Of a stretch of 64,000 bases of DNA, positions 14,041 through 28,288 are shown piece after piece. The DNA comes from the human T2T-CHM13v2.0 reference genome, Homo sapiens. Within the stretch, counting starts at the first letter, position 1. Every line of letters starts with the position of its first letter. The stretch covers positions 20,800,001-20,864,000 of the forward strand of contig CP068257.2 of the NCBI GenBank assembly GCA_009914755.4, read 5' to 3'. The notes below the pieces were generated by a model. It was not told the DNA's origin and ran no database searches. It saw only the letters and a program-made list of their open reading frames with translations. A program made the position numbers and the translations under genes.

Positions 14041-15017
14041 TACAAAGAGATTTATTATGAGGGATCAGCTCACACAGATAGATGGATGAAAAGTCCCACA
14101 AACTTCCATCTGTAAGCCAGAGGTCCAAGACAACCAGTGGTGTAGGCCCAATCCAAGTCTAAAGATATGAGAATTAAGGAAGTCAGTGGAGTAAGTCCAA
14201 GTCTGAGCCTCAAGGCTTGAGAACTAGAAGCTCCAATCTTTGCTAGCAGAACAAGATAGATTTCTCAGCTCAAACACAGAGAGAGAACTCTCTTTTCCCC
14301 CGTCTTTTGGTTCTATTCTGGCCTTCAAAGGATTGAATGGCGCTCACTCACACAGGTAAGCATTGTTTTCTTTACTCATTCTACCAATGTAAATGCTTAT
14401 CTTTTCTGGAAACAGCTTCACAAAAACACTCAGAAATAATGATTTACCAGCTCTCTGAGTATCCCTTAGCCCAGACAAGTTGGCACATTAAATTAACCAT
14501 CATACCAATAAAAACAAATTTTTGTAGATTTCATTTCATAATCATCTAAAATTTCACCCACTTTTCTCTATTTCACAAGTTAATCCAAATAACCAAAATC
14601 ATTTGTCTGGATTATGATAATTGCAGTTATTACTGGTTTCCCTAAATGAACCATGCTTCTCCTAGCCCCACATTATGAATATTTATTGAGTAAAAATGTA
14701 TTCTAATCATTCTTGTGCTTTTTATACTAAGAGGGCTTCCAACCACTTTAAATAAATAATTTCCAAAATAATCTATTACTTGGCTATGGTTTTATATAAT
14801 GATGTTCCCATGTAACTTCCCAACATGTTTTCTCGTGAGAAAATATGGATTGCAATCCCTAGCCAGGCTTTACATACTATTTTAAAAATTCTTTCCATAG
14901 TTTTATTTTGGCTAAATCTAATTTGTCATTTAAGTAGTTGCTTAAATGTGACTTTATAAATAAATCATTTAATGACCACTAAGATTGATTGAGTAGCCAG
15001 AGTAGATGGTCTCATAG

Positions 15018-15578
15018 TGTGATGGTTAATATTGAATAACAACTTGATTGGATTGAAGGATGCAAAGTATTGTTCCTGGGTGTGTCTCTGAGGGCGTTGC
15101 CAAAGGAGATTAACTTTTGAGACAATGGACTGGGAGAGGCAGACCCACCCTCAATCTGGGTGGGCACCATCTAATCAGCTGCCAGAGTGGCTAGAATAAA
15201 GCAGGTGTGGAATAAAGAATGTGGAAGGACTAGCCTGGCTAAGTCTTCCAGCCTTCATCTTTCTCCCATGCTGGATGCTTTCTGCCCTCCAACATGACAC
15301 TCCAAGTTCTTCAGCTTTTAGACTCTTGGACTTTACACCAGTGGTTTGCCAGGTGCTCTCGGGCCTTTGGCCACAGACTGAAGGCTGCACTGTCGGCTTC
15401 CCTACTCTTGAGGTTTTGGGACTCATACTGGCTTCCTTGCTCTTCAGCTTGCAGATGGCCTATTGTGGGATTTCTTCTTGTGGTTGTGTGAGTCATTACT
15501 CTTTAATAAACTCTTTTTCAATAGATACATCAATCTTATTAGTTCTATCCCTCTAGAGAACCTCGATTAATACACATA
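15018..15578 (+). mobile_element. Solo LTR of MaLR (ERVL-MaLR) type, MLT1-like; lies in the spacer between the inverted-repeat arms
   Basis: Contains ...gtgggcaccatctaatcagctg...cttcatctttctcccatgctggatgctttctgccctccaacatgacactccaagttcttcagc...gcttgcagatggcctattgtgggat...AATAAActcttttt...ttctatccctctagagaacc, the typical MaLR LTR terminal motif family. Family name is recalled, not searched. Confidence 0.55.
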
Positions 15579-15995
15579 GCATGCTGCACTTTACATTTTA
15601 TAAAACATGTAACGCACTCCATAACCTATTTGACTGTCACCACACTAGAGTGTAAGCCCTAGGACAGAAGGAATGATATATTTTGTACACGAGTGCATTT
15701 CAAACATCTTATTAATGCATACTACATACAAGAGGACTACATGATGAATTAGTATACTTTATCTTGTAATTCACTTGATTTTGGAAGATGGGCAAAATTC
15801 AATTGATGTTAATCCTCCCATTAAATTAATAACTGTCCTTTTTGGTAAGATATATTATTTATCCCATAAAAATCTTCATTTGTTGCATGCTTTGAAGACC
15901 TTAGAACAAAGTAATTTATCATAGTTTAAAAAAATTGGTAGAACACTATAGGAGTAAGTAGAGGGGCATTAATTAGACTTTCTGGAATGAATACA

Positions 15996-16458
15996 TCAGT
16001 TTAGGGCTGTTTCATTAAAAGTATACTTACATGAAAATAGTGGTTTCAAACAATAAATAGATCAAAATGATGAAGACAATGAGAGCAGAGAAGACAAACC
16101 AGGCTTTGGAAACAGGAAAGCAGAGGGATAAAAGAAACAAGACATAAACAGACATAGTGGGAAATCAGAAACCAAAAATAAGGCTGAGATTCTCAGAATG
16201 TCTTGGGAATTATTACAGATGACCCAAATATCTCTAAAATTGTGCGGTGCCTATGAAGCTGCACAGGAGAAATCATATGAAATCTGTCTAAACAAAGATT
16301 AGATCCATGATACCAACTATCATACATTCAATCTGATAAATGGGTTCTTCTCCCTTTGCCAGTAGACTATAAATTTACTTTCTGGGGACATTGAACCCGA
16401 TAGACTCTGAAGAGGTTGCAAGACACAGCTGAAACTAATTGCACTCTAATCATGGGAA
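15996..16458 (-). repeat. Right arm of the large inverted repeat (reverse complement of 13499-13948)
   Basis: See the left arm. About 98% identity; the spacer between arms is about 2.06 kb. Confidence 0.88.
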
Positions 16459-17412
16459 TAATTGTAAAGTCTATCTTCAGAACAGAGGTGGAAATTTCTA
16501 GACACTTTCTGAAACAACCTGTGAGAGCAATGGTAGCCAGGCTTAAAATTCCACAGAGACAAAAGGATTCCTCTCCAGTAAAACTTGTCAGTTTATGAAA
16601 AGAAATGTGCAGATACTTTCTTGGTTGATATCTTTAATGTAAGGGTCTGGAAAGATCATTTTCCAATAAAATAAAAATCAAGAAGCTCCTCCAATATACA
16701 CAGAGCTTTCATTCAGCTTAAAGACCATCCTACTCTTAAATATGAAGAGAAAACCAAGACTCTGTAAACAGTAGCAGAAAACATCTAACATGAACCACTG
16801 ATATCAAAGCATAAAGACACAAAAGAAATCTCAGGAAAAAGGAAAAGGAAGCAGGAAAAAGGGAAATGTAAGTAAGTAAACAATATTTATATCCTAGAAG
16901 AAAGAATAACAGAGTATCCATACAAAACACCAAAAGACTCTACAAAGAAACAGTAAGAAAGATTTCAACAGGACTTTCAACAAGTAATAGAAAAAGTTGC
17001 TAAACTAGTTGAAAGTACTGAAAGAAAAGTGACATTTCTGGCGGAAAGTTAAAATATATTTTATTGCAAATACATGGAAAACCAAGCAAACAGAAAAAAA
17101 TCGATTATTTATTCTAGGGAAAACATAAATTTTACAAGTAAGAGAATGAAGTCACGATATAATAAATTTGCATCTATAAGTGATAATTATCTAGTCTATA
17201 ATGTTAACATCTAATGCTGAAGTAGCACAAAATTATGATACAATTATTTTTCAAAAGTTAAGACAATGTGCACACCCATGTGAAGACAGATATAAGAGAG
17301 GTAATTGTATTTTTCCTTGTTTTCACATAAAAATATTCTCAAGGAGACAAGCCAAATATATATATATAATTATATTTAAAAATATAATTATATATATTAT
17401 TTATTTATTTAC

Positions 17413-17694
17413 TTTTGTGATGGAGTCTCACTCTGTCACCAGGTTGGAGTGCAGTGGCGATCTTGGCTCACTGCAACTTCCACCTCCTAGGTTCAAGCGA
17501 TTTTCCTGCCTCAGCCTCCTGGGTAGCTAGGACTACAGGTGTGCACCACCACACCCAGCTAATTTTTGTATTTTTATTAGAGACGGGGTTTCACCCTGTC
17601 ATCCGGGATGGTCTCGATCTCCTGACCTTGTGATCGGCCCACCTCAGCCTCCCAAAGTGCTGGGATTACAGGCGTGAGCCACCGCACCCGGCCT
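17413..17694 (-). mobile_element. Alu SINE, minus orientation
   Basis: ttttgtgatggagtctcactctgtcaccaggttggagtgcagtggcg...ggcgtgagccaccgcacccggcc, preceded by an AT-rich tail region (17340-17412). Confidence 0.92.
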
Positions 17695-18054
17695 TACATA
17701 TTTTTTTAAATGGAGACAAACACAAGAAGAAAGTAGCTAAAGCTTATAAAGCTTCTGCCTCTGCAAGATGGAAATTAGAGAAGTGAGAAATGTGGGAGAG
17801 TGCTGTTGTTTTTCAGCATCTGTTGGGTAGAACTCTAGTTGTTTAACTATGAATATCTGTATCTCCAATACAAGTGCTTGCAAACAAACAAAAATTACAT
17901 ATGGCCCGGTATTCTATAAAGCTTTGTGTACAGAAGCATATCATAATATGTTTTATTCTAACTCTGAGAAAACACATGATAGGAAATTTAATTCTGCTTG
18001 AATAGTATGGATTGGCTCTTTTGTGTTATTTCTTTTTCTGAAATTATTTTTTAA

Positions 18055-18392
<338 letters not shown>

Positions 18393-18414
18393 ACTAGATT
18401 ACTATTATATAAAC

Positions 18415-18540
18415 TGGTAACCTAGTAAGAATATATACTTCTGTTACTGGTTTTTACAATAGTAACCTAATAAGAATATATTTTACTATTGTAAAAACTG
18501 TTTTTTACCATAGTAACCTAGTACAAATACATTTTTACAG
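18415..18540. repeat. Tandem repeat of about 45 bp x3 (unit roughly tagtaacctagtaagaatata...) containing a 16-bp perfect inverted repeat
   Basis: ggtaacctagtaagaatatata / tagtaacctaataagaatatatt / tagtaacctagtacaaatacatt. gtttttacaatagtaa (18449-18465) is the exact reverse complement of ttactattgtaaaaac (18484-18499). Confidence 0.6.
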
Positions 18541-19104
18541 ATACATACACTTAAAAATTGCGATGCCATGAATTGAAATAAAATTAAAATAAGGTATATT
18601 TCTGTTAATGCAAATGCTACTAAATGTAATTGTATTTAACTCTAATGGTAGTGTGGTACTATGGAATCATGCTTTTTTAAGTATAAACCAAGACGTTTTA
18701 AACAGTTAACTTATTTTTTATTTTTCTGTAAACTCTCTTGATGCATCAATATGCATTAAGAAAGTTTTACTCACTATATTTGTGAATATAATACATTAGC
18801 TTTTATTATAATTTTTGTAACAGTTGTTAGTAATTACTACTCTTCCTTTAGACATCTTCCATTTACAAACTTGTCTTATATTTAATGACTGAAGTATTGT
18901 ACGGTAAAATATTATTATACACATCAATATAATCAATGTGACCATTCTTAATATGAGAATCTTTCCATTTATTAGTGAGTCAGTATAATGATGCTTTTGA
19001 ATAATCAAATGAATATAATGAAAAACATCATTAGTGTATACACTGAGTGGCAAGAAATTTACAGAAGTGTTCTGTATTTGCTAACCAGTTCTGTAGAAGC
19101 AGAC

Positions 19105-19118
19105 ATACATATGTATGT

Positions 19119-19188
<70 letters not shown>
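19105..19188. repeat. (TG)n then a pure (TA)~27 microsatellite
   Basis: catacatatgtatgtgtatgtgtgtatatatat...(ta)27...ataaaaaataaa. Confidence 0.92.
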
Positions 19189-19189
<1 letters not shown>

Positions 19190-19482
19190 AAATTTATGGA
19201 GTTTGGTGCAATTTTTTTAAATGCGTATTTTGCATAGTGGTCAAGTCATGACTTTTTGGGTAATCATCACCCAAATAATGTACATTATACCCATTAAGTA
19301 ATTTCTCTTCATCCACCTTCTCACCCTTCTGGGTCTCCATTATCTATTATTCCACTTTCTCTGACTATGTATACACAGATTTTAGTACCCATTAATGACT
19401 GAGAACATGTGATTACTTTCTGTGTCTGGCATGTTTCACTTTAGATAATGACCTCGAGTTTTATCCATGTTACTCCAAAAAT

Positions 19483-19861
<379 letters not shown>

Positions 19862-20325
19862 TAAAATCATCAATTAATGGACACTTATTTTGACTCCTAT
19901 TGTGAAAAGGAATAGGAACAATTGTGAATAATGCTGTGATAAGCATTCAAGTGCAGGTAATTTTTGACATATTCATTTTTTTCCTTTGGGTAGATACTCA
20001 GTAGTAGGATTGCTGGATTGAATTTTAGTTCTATTTTTAGTTCCTTGAGAAATGTCCTTATCATTTCCCATACAGGTTGTACTAGTTTACTTTCCCATCA
20101 AAAGTGTATAAGCATTCCTTCTCTCCACATTTTTGCCAACATCTGCTATTTTTTTCTCTTTAATAATAGTCATTCTCACTGGGATAAAATGGTATCTCAT
20201 TGTAGTTTTAATTTGCATCTCTTTGATGATTAGTGATGTTGAACGTTTTTTCATATATCAATTGGCTATTTATATGTCTTCTTTTTAAAAAGTACCTATT
20301 AAGTTTCTTAGACCACTTTTTAACG

Positions 20326-20701
20326 CAGTGGTCCCCAAATTTTTTGGTACTAGGGACCATTTTCATGGAAGACAATTTTTCCATGGACAGGGAATTTTGG
20401 GGGGATGGTGTTAGGATTAAACGTTTCCACCTCAGATCATCAGGCATTAATTAAATTCTCATAAACAATGCGCAACCTAGATCTTTCACGTGTGCAATTC
20501 ATAATTAGGTTCGTGCTCCAATGAGAATCTAATGTTGCCACTGATCTGACAGGAGGCAGAGCTCAGGTGGTGATGCTCACTCTCCACCGCCCACCTCCTG
20601 CTGTGCCACCCAGTTCCTAAGACTGGTACCGGTTCACAGCCCAGTGAACCACCAGGCCAAAGATTGGTACTGCTTCATAGCCCAGGGTTTGGGGACCCCT
20701 G
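20326..20701. mobile_element. Nonautonomous DNA transposon with terminal inverted repeats (hAT-type; resembles what I recall as MER30), nested in the ancient L1
   Basis: Termini cagtggtccccaaa...tttggggacccctg are near-perfect inverted repeats. The 8-bp flanks ttttaacg / tattaatg match at 6 of 8, consistent with a hAT TSD. The internal sequence ...agatcatcaggcattaattaaattctcataaacaatgcgcaacctagatc...tgagaatctaatgttgccactgatctgacaggaggcagagctcagg... matches the remembered family consensus. Confidence 0.6.
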
Positions 20702-21673
20702 TATTAATGGGATTATTATTATTTTTTATTGTTTTTGTTGAGCTGAGTTCCTTATACATTCTGGATATGAGTCTACCGTTGGATAAATAACTTGAAAATA
20801 TTTTCTTCCATTCTACCAGTTACCCATCAACTTTGTGGATCATTTATTTTGCTATACAGGAGCTTTTTAGTTTAATTAAGCCCCATTTGGTGTTTTTTGT
20901 TTTTGTTGCTTGTGTTTCTGAGGTTCTAGTAATAAATTCTTTGTCCAGATCATTGTCCAAGAGGGTTTTCTCTCGATGTTATTCTAGTATTTTTATAGTT
21001 TTAATTCTTACATTTAAACCTTTAATCCATCTGTAGTTGATTTTTATGTATGGTTAGAGATAGGAGTTCAGTTTCATTTTTATGCAATAGTAATGCGGTT
21101 TTCACAGCCTCATTTATTGAAAAGGATATCCTTCCCCAAATGTAAGTTCTTGTCAGTTCTGTCAAAGATCAATTGACTGTAAATATGTGGCTTTATTGTT
21201 GAGTTTTCTATTCCTGTTCCATTTATCTGTGTGTCTATTTTTATACCAGTACCATGCTGTTTTGTTTACTATAGCCCTGTGATGTAATTTGAAGTAGGAT
21301 GCCTCCAGCTTTATTCTTTCTCCTTAGGATTGCTTTGACTGTTCGGCTCTTTTTTGGTTCCACATAAAATTTTGGATTGTTTTATTCTATTTTTGTGAAA
21401 AATGAAGTTAGCATTTTAATAAGAATTGCATTGAATCCAGATTTCTTTGGGCCATTTAGTCATTTTCACGATATTGATTTTTCCAACACATGAGCATGGT
21501 ATGCTTTTCTTTGTTTGTGGCATCCACAATTTCTTTCATCAGTGTTCTGAAGTTTTCACTGTAGCAATCTTTTATCTCCTTGGTTAAATATATTCCTAGG
21601 TATTTTATTTTTAAAGCTAAGTAGAATATTTAAGCAAGGAGATAAAGATCTATTTTATCTTCTTGGAGATTAA

Positions 21674-21979
<306 letters not shown>

Positions 21980-23073
21980 AAGAGGTTGTTTTTAATCTCT
22001 TGGATTACTTTCTTGATTTTGTTCTCAGCTAGATAGTTATTGGTGTATTGAAATGCTACTGATTTTTGTGAATTAATTTTAATTTCTACAACTTTATTAA
22101 ATTCATTTAACAAATCTAAGAGCTCTTTCTGGTGAAATCTTTAGGTTTGTCTAAATATAAGGTTATATCATCAGCAAGGTAGGATAATTTGACTTCCTCT
22201 TTTCTAATTTGGATGCCTTTAATCCTGCCTGATGGCTCTGGCTAGGACTTCCAGTATTATGTTAAATAACAGTGGTGAAACTGGGCATCATTGTCTTGTT
22301 CTAGTTCTTAGAGAAAATTAAATTTTCCATCCAATATAATGCTGGTTGTGGGTTCCCCAGTGGGAACAAGAACCAAAGAACAACACTCATCCTCTCCCAT
22401 ACTAGGGGATCATTCCTGGTTCCCAGCTGGCCTCAGGCATGCAGGCTACCTGTTTTCCTTACCCTTCCTAGATTTTGGTGTATCCTTTCATTTTTCTGTT
22501 GGTCTTTCATGTCACCTCTTGTAAAATGTATTCAAAACATGATTGCCTGCACATTATTTTTGGTTCTTCTAAGTAGATCAGGTGTACTTGAAATGCTTCT
22601 AGTCAGCCATTAAAGAAAAAAACTGCAACTTTTTAAAGTTACCAATTTACATATTATACTGTTTTTAAGATTACTTATTCACTCAAATGCAGCTAAGTGT
22701 ATTGCTATTATTTTGTGTCTATTAATGTTTTTATTATTTTTCAATTTAATGTTCAAAAGATATTTATTTTTCTTTTGCTCATAAGAATTGTGTATTATAT
22801 ATTTTACAACAGGCATTTAGTTAGATTAAGCTATTGACCACATGCATATATCAATCCCCAAAAAGTGATAAAGTTATCGTAGAGGAATTCTAATAGGAAT
22901 AGAGTATCAATGACAATAAATCAATTAAAGAGTTAGAATAGCAATTGTATATACTATGACATTAAGAAAAACATCAAGTATAGCTAGAGGACCAGGAAAT
23001 TCAGTATCTGATTATTTATGATATTCAGAGAGATAACAAAGAAAACAATATAAACGCTATTATTAAAGAATGG

Positions 23074-23593
<520 letters not shown>

Positions 23594-24946
23594 TTACAAA
23601 AGCCATATGATAATAAAATAAATAATCAGTAGGGTAAGAACTGACCAGATGCAAAAGACATTTATTAAGAAAAGCAAACTACGGCCCTTCTTTATATTTT
23701 AAGGATGCATTAAAATAAGTATGTATACACAAAAGACTAAAGGATCCAGATAGAATTAGCATACTGGCTGCAGGTAAGTACTGGAAGGCAGAATCCAGTC
23801 AAAGTAAGAGAAAGAACAATGTCTTCATAAGGTTTCTATAAGTATATAAATACAGGCCAGAGTTTTTGAGATCTGTGATTTTCCTGACTTAGTACTTCTC
23901 AATATGAAGTTGGGCAAGTTATTTTTATAATAAACCATATCATTATATCATTTGGTCACTTCAACTGTCTTATAATCTATCTACATCAGTGTATGGTGAC
24001 AATCATGAACTGGAAAATAATCAGGATCCCTTTTCCATTGTTTCTCTATATGATTGTTCTGATACTGAAATTCCTCATTCGTTGTGTTGTTTGGATTATT
24101 ATTTCTGCTGTTGCCCTCCTCTGGAATCCTGAGCTCATTGGTGAGTGCCACTGAACCCATGTACCAAAAAACAAACAAACAGAAAGGAAAGCTTTTGGTT
24201 GAGTAAAACAAATTCCTAAAGTAATCAATATTTCCAACACGAAAAATGAAGGAAGGAAAAAAAAGACCTGCATCAAGTTATGAATTGGATTATAAAATTT
24301 AAAACTCCACAAAGATAGAAAGATACTAACTGCACCAACAGAAAATAAAAGTAGAAGTAAACCAAAGCAGACTAAGGCTACATAGATGTGCTTAGTTGAT
24401 CAACATTTACCAAGTTACTTACTTCAAAAATGTGCACATTTTGGCCCGTATATTGCCCTTCAATAAGTTATAATAATAATAGAAACTCATAAGACAGTTC
24501 AAATTAAATATGCCATCAATGCATCTCGGCAGCAGCACTACACAACTGCCTGAGTACAAATTAATTTTTACCTAGAATTCCACACCCAGCTAAATAATTA
24601 ATAAAATAGGATATTAAAATAGAAGTATTTTTATTCTAAACATTTGGAGATTTTCATTTGGATCTACTTTCTTTGCAGAGAGTTAATTAAGAATGTACCC
24701 TGGATAAATAAGGACAGAGAAAGAGAAGGACTATGTGGTGTGTGGAAAATTTTGGATAAACTCACGAATGTCCTAAAGGAAAGTTCGGGATGAGAACTAT
24801 GCAGAAGTGGGAGTAGTCAATATCAGAGTAGAGGGACTGTGGGTTCTGGGATAACGCATTGTCGAGATGTTAGGAACAAATGGTGTGTGTGTGTTTAGGG
24901 ATGGATATTAATAAACCTCCTGGTAAAATGGATTACTTAAAAACAA

Positions 24947-25208
24947 TTTTTTTTGTATTTTTAGTAGAGACTGGTTTGGCCAGGCTGCTCTGAAACTCCT
25001 GATCTTGTGATCCGCCTGTCTCGGCCTGCCAAAAAATCAGCTGGGAGTAGTGATGGGCACCTGTAATCCCAGCTACTCAGCAGACTGAGGCAGGATAATC
25101 GCTTGAACCCGGGAGGCGGAAATTGCAGTGAGCCAAGATGGAGCCACTGCACTCCAGCCCAGGTGACAGAGTGAGACTCCATCTAAAGAAACAAACAAAC
25201 AAACAAAA
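24947..25208. mobile_element. Chimeric or rearranged Alu: a minus-orientation left-arm fragment fused to a plus-orientation right arm, with an (AAAC)n tail
   Basis: 24947-25032 is ttttttgtatttttagtagagac..ggccaggctg.tctgaaactcctgatcttgtgatccgcctgtctcggcct, a reverse-complement Alu fragment with an internal deletion. 25033-25190 is aaaaaatcagctgggagtagtgatgggcacctgtaatcccagctactc...gcactccagcccaggtgacagagtgagactccatct, a plus-orientation Alu right monomer. The tail is aaagaaacaaacaaacaaacaaaag. Confidence 0.75.
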
Positions 25209-28200
25209 GAGGATACCACAATAAAAATTGATAGTAGAAAAAAGTGATTAGAGAGTCAAGAGAAAATAGAATTCATGTAAGAACTATAGTTGGATTTAGA
25301 ATAAACAGTTTATTTTGTCTTAGATTTCTGGATGTCATAAACTCACTTTTTCCTTCATCTAACCTCTCATACAACTAAATACCCTGGAAATAATTTTTAA
25401 AACAAGAATACCATAGAAGGACTTCAAGAATTGAAAAGTAGAAGACGACTAGTTAGCAAGCTCAGAACTTGAAGAATGATACTGTGGTCAAACAATAAAA
25501 TTGCTTTTGTTCATTTGTTTTATCTCCCATTTTATCTCCATATATATCAAATCAAGCACCACAGAGGCCTCCTACCAGGAACTACCAATAAGAATAGATA
25601 AAATCAAACCAACAAACAAGCAGACATAACAAAACCTAGACAAGTCTAGACTCTTCGGCCAAAGTATTGGAAACAAAAATGTCCAGTGGAGATCTAGCAG
25701 GGAGAAGCAACTCAAGACCCACAACCTATGGTAACTATGAGCTTGATGATCCACAGAGACTGGTGTCAGTCTCACTGGCAAGGCTGACCTAATCCCATGT
25801 GCCACAGCCACCAGCAGAGATGACTGATTTGTTTTAGAGGTGACATCAGCATGGTCAAGTTGAACCAATGCTTTACTCATCCCACACTAACCAACCATGA
25901 TGGGCCCCATCAGTCTTCAGCTAGAGAGTCAGTGAAGTCTGAGCAATGGCAGGCTTTGTCTATCTTCAGTGCGGTGTCACCAAAGGCAAGATAGGGTGAC
26001 TTTTCTTCTATCCATCACACAGGAAATGTGGTGTGATGCCTACCATGTGAGTCAGTGACCCTAGATAGAGAGAACCATGACCTGCTCCATGAGAGGCAGA
26101 AATAGGCAGAACCCTTGGCCTGCATCTGCATTACTATCAAGCCTAGTTACTCTTGGCCCACCACTCTGTGGCAGAAGGCAGCATAAGTCCAGCACCTTCC
26201 ACCTCTCTAACTTACAGCAACAGGTAAACTAAGTCAAGTGTTTCATGATGCTCCACTTAATTACAGAGTTATCTAGATGCAGCTGTTCCTGACCATTCAT
26301 TTAGCAACAGAAGAAGACCAAGGCCAAACATTTTCCTCCTCCCAACACCTGGATCAGGAAACAGCTAAAGTGGTGCTTCTTCTCCCTAAAGAGAATGGTG
26401 GAGATAAAATAGGAAGCTAGGAGCATCCAACAGTTGGAGAATAGACCAACAGACACACTCTGTTCTGCAGGCCCAACATCTACCTCCCACCCCCGCCCCC
26501 AATGTAGCAATACCTGGTGGCCTAGGGAAGAACCTTGCTACCAAGGTAGTTGGAACCAGAATAGATTCAGCAAGTGTTGCAGCAAAGCCTTCAGTACAAA
26601 GCAGATAAGAATATGATGTCAGGAGCTCAGAATAGTAAATTGGAACCATAGCCTACAGAGTATTCTAGAAAGTACACACTAAACCTAATTAAAGTGATTG
26701 CCTATTAGGAGAGATATACATAAGACTCATATTCTCCTAATGTACTTTATAAAATGTCCAGGATACAACCAAAAACCAGTGATCATACAATGAACCGTTA
26801 AATCACAACTTCATGGATTTAATGGTTCATAAATTTGCTTCAACAAGCGATTATAAATTTTTATTGAAACTAAAGAAAAAATAGATATTCTCCTCAAATA
26901 AATTAAAGTTATATAAGAATGAACTAAGCAAAAATTATAGACTTGAAAGTTGCAAGTAACAAAACAAACATACAAGACTCTTGGATAAGATCCATAGTAG
27001 ATTGGAGATGAGAGAGAACAGACTCAGTGACGTTGAGGGCAGATACAAAATTTACTCAGTCTGAACAACAGAGAGGATATAGCCTGAAAAAGCAAAAAGC
27101 ACAGAGGCTCAAAGACCTCTGGGACTATAACAATAAATCTAACATTTTATTGTTAATATTATTAGAATCCTAGAATGATGGTAGAAAAAAGCAGGGCTAT
27201 AAAGTTATTGGAAGAAATAAGAACTAAAATTTCACCAAATATAGCAAAAGACATAAATCTATAAATTTATGAAACTGAGAGAAAATCCCAAATAGAACAA
27301 GTCCACAGAAATTTATGCCACACCATGTCATTATTAAACTTCTAGAAAGGAAAGACAAAGATAAAATCTTGGAAACAGCAAGAGAATAATGATCTCTTTT
27401 CTATAAGAATACATAACTTGAATGACAATGGATTTTATACCAGAAAACATGAAGATCAGAAGGAAGGAAAACAAGAAACCAGACTGGCAGAGTGAGAGGT
27501 GGGAGAAACCAAGAATTTGTCAGAAGAGGATATATCTTTAAATAATGACAAATAAACCTCTCTACAAAGAAAAAATAAATAAGGGAAGGGATTGTATCTT
27601 CATAAAGGAAAGAAGAGGAAAATAATAAGTAAAAATAGAAGCAGATATCAGAATTCTTTCCTCTATGACTTTCTTAAATTATATTTTATATTTAAAGCAA
27701 ACATTATGACATATAATGTGTTACCAGCTATACGTAGTGTAAATACTTAAGAAAATTATATTTAAAAATTAGGAAAACTAAAGGGATCTAAATCAGAGTT
27801 TACTACTTCTACTGAAGTATTAAAACATGTATAATGTAGTCTGTGTTTTTACACATATATATTGTGATATCTAGAGAAACCACTAAAAAATTATATAAGC
27901 AATATGATTGAAAACACTATAAATTAAGACAGAACAGTAAACATATCTAGGCAATCTAAAGGAAGCCAAGAAAAAAAAAACTCTCAAAACTCTACAATAA
28001 AAAAACAAACAACCTGATTAAATAATGTGCCAGAAGCCTTGCCAGACACCTCACCAAAGAGGATATAGAAATGGCACATAAGCATATAGACAGATGCTGC
28101 ACATCACATGTCATTAGAGAAAAGCAAATTAAAATAACAATGAAATACCACTACAAATGCATTAAAATTACCAAAATTCAGAACACTGTCAACACCAAAT

Positions 28201-28288
28201 ACTGACAAGGATGTGCAGCAATAGGAATGCTCATTTATTGCTGGGGGTGGGGGTGCGGCAAAATGGTACAGCCACTTTTGAAGATAAT

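Noticed and set aside
13499-16458. Considered that the 450-bp inverted arms are the TIRs of a large DNA transposon, or two independent copies of a known repeat.
   Set aside because: No TSDs are visible and no transposase-like ORF lies in the spacer. The spacer holds an MLT1-like LTR and unique sequence. The arms share exact boundaries at about 98% identity, whereas independent copies of an old repeat would differ far more and have different truncation points. This is kept as a finding rather than dismissed, but the TIR-transposon reading is rejected.
20326-20701. TTAA motifs on both flanks of the small TIR element suggested a piggyBac-type (TTAA-target) element.
   Set aside because: The termini cagtggtcccc.../...ggggacccctg and the 8-bp flanks fit a hAT-type element better. 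The TTAA lies 2 bp away from the TIR ends rather than abutting them. The family call stays at moderate confidence.
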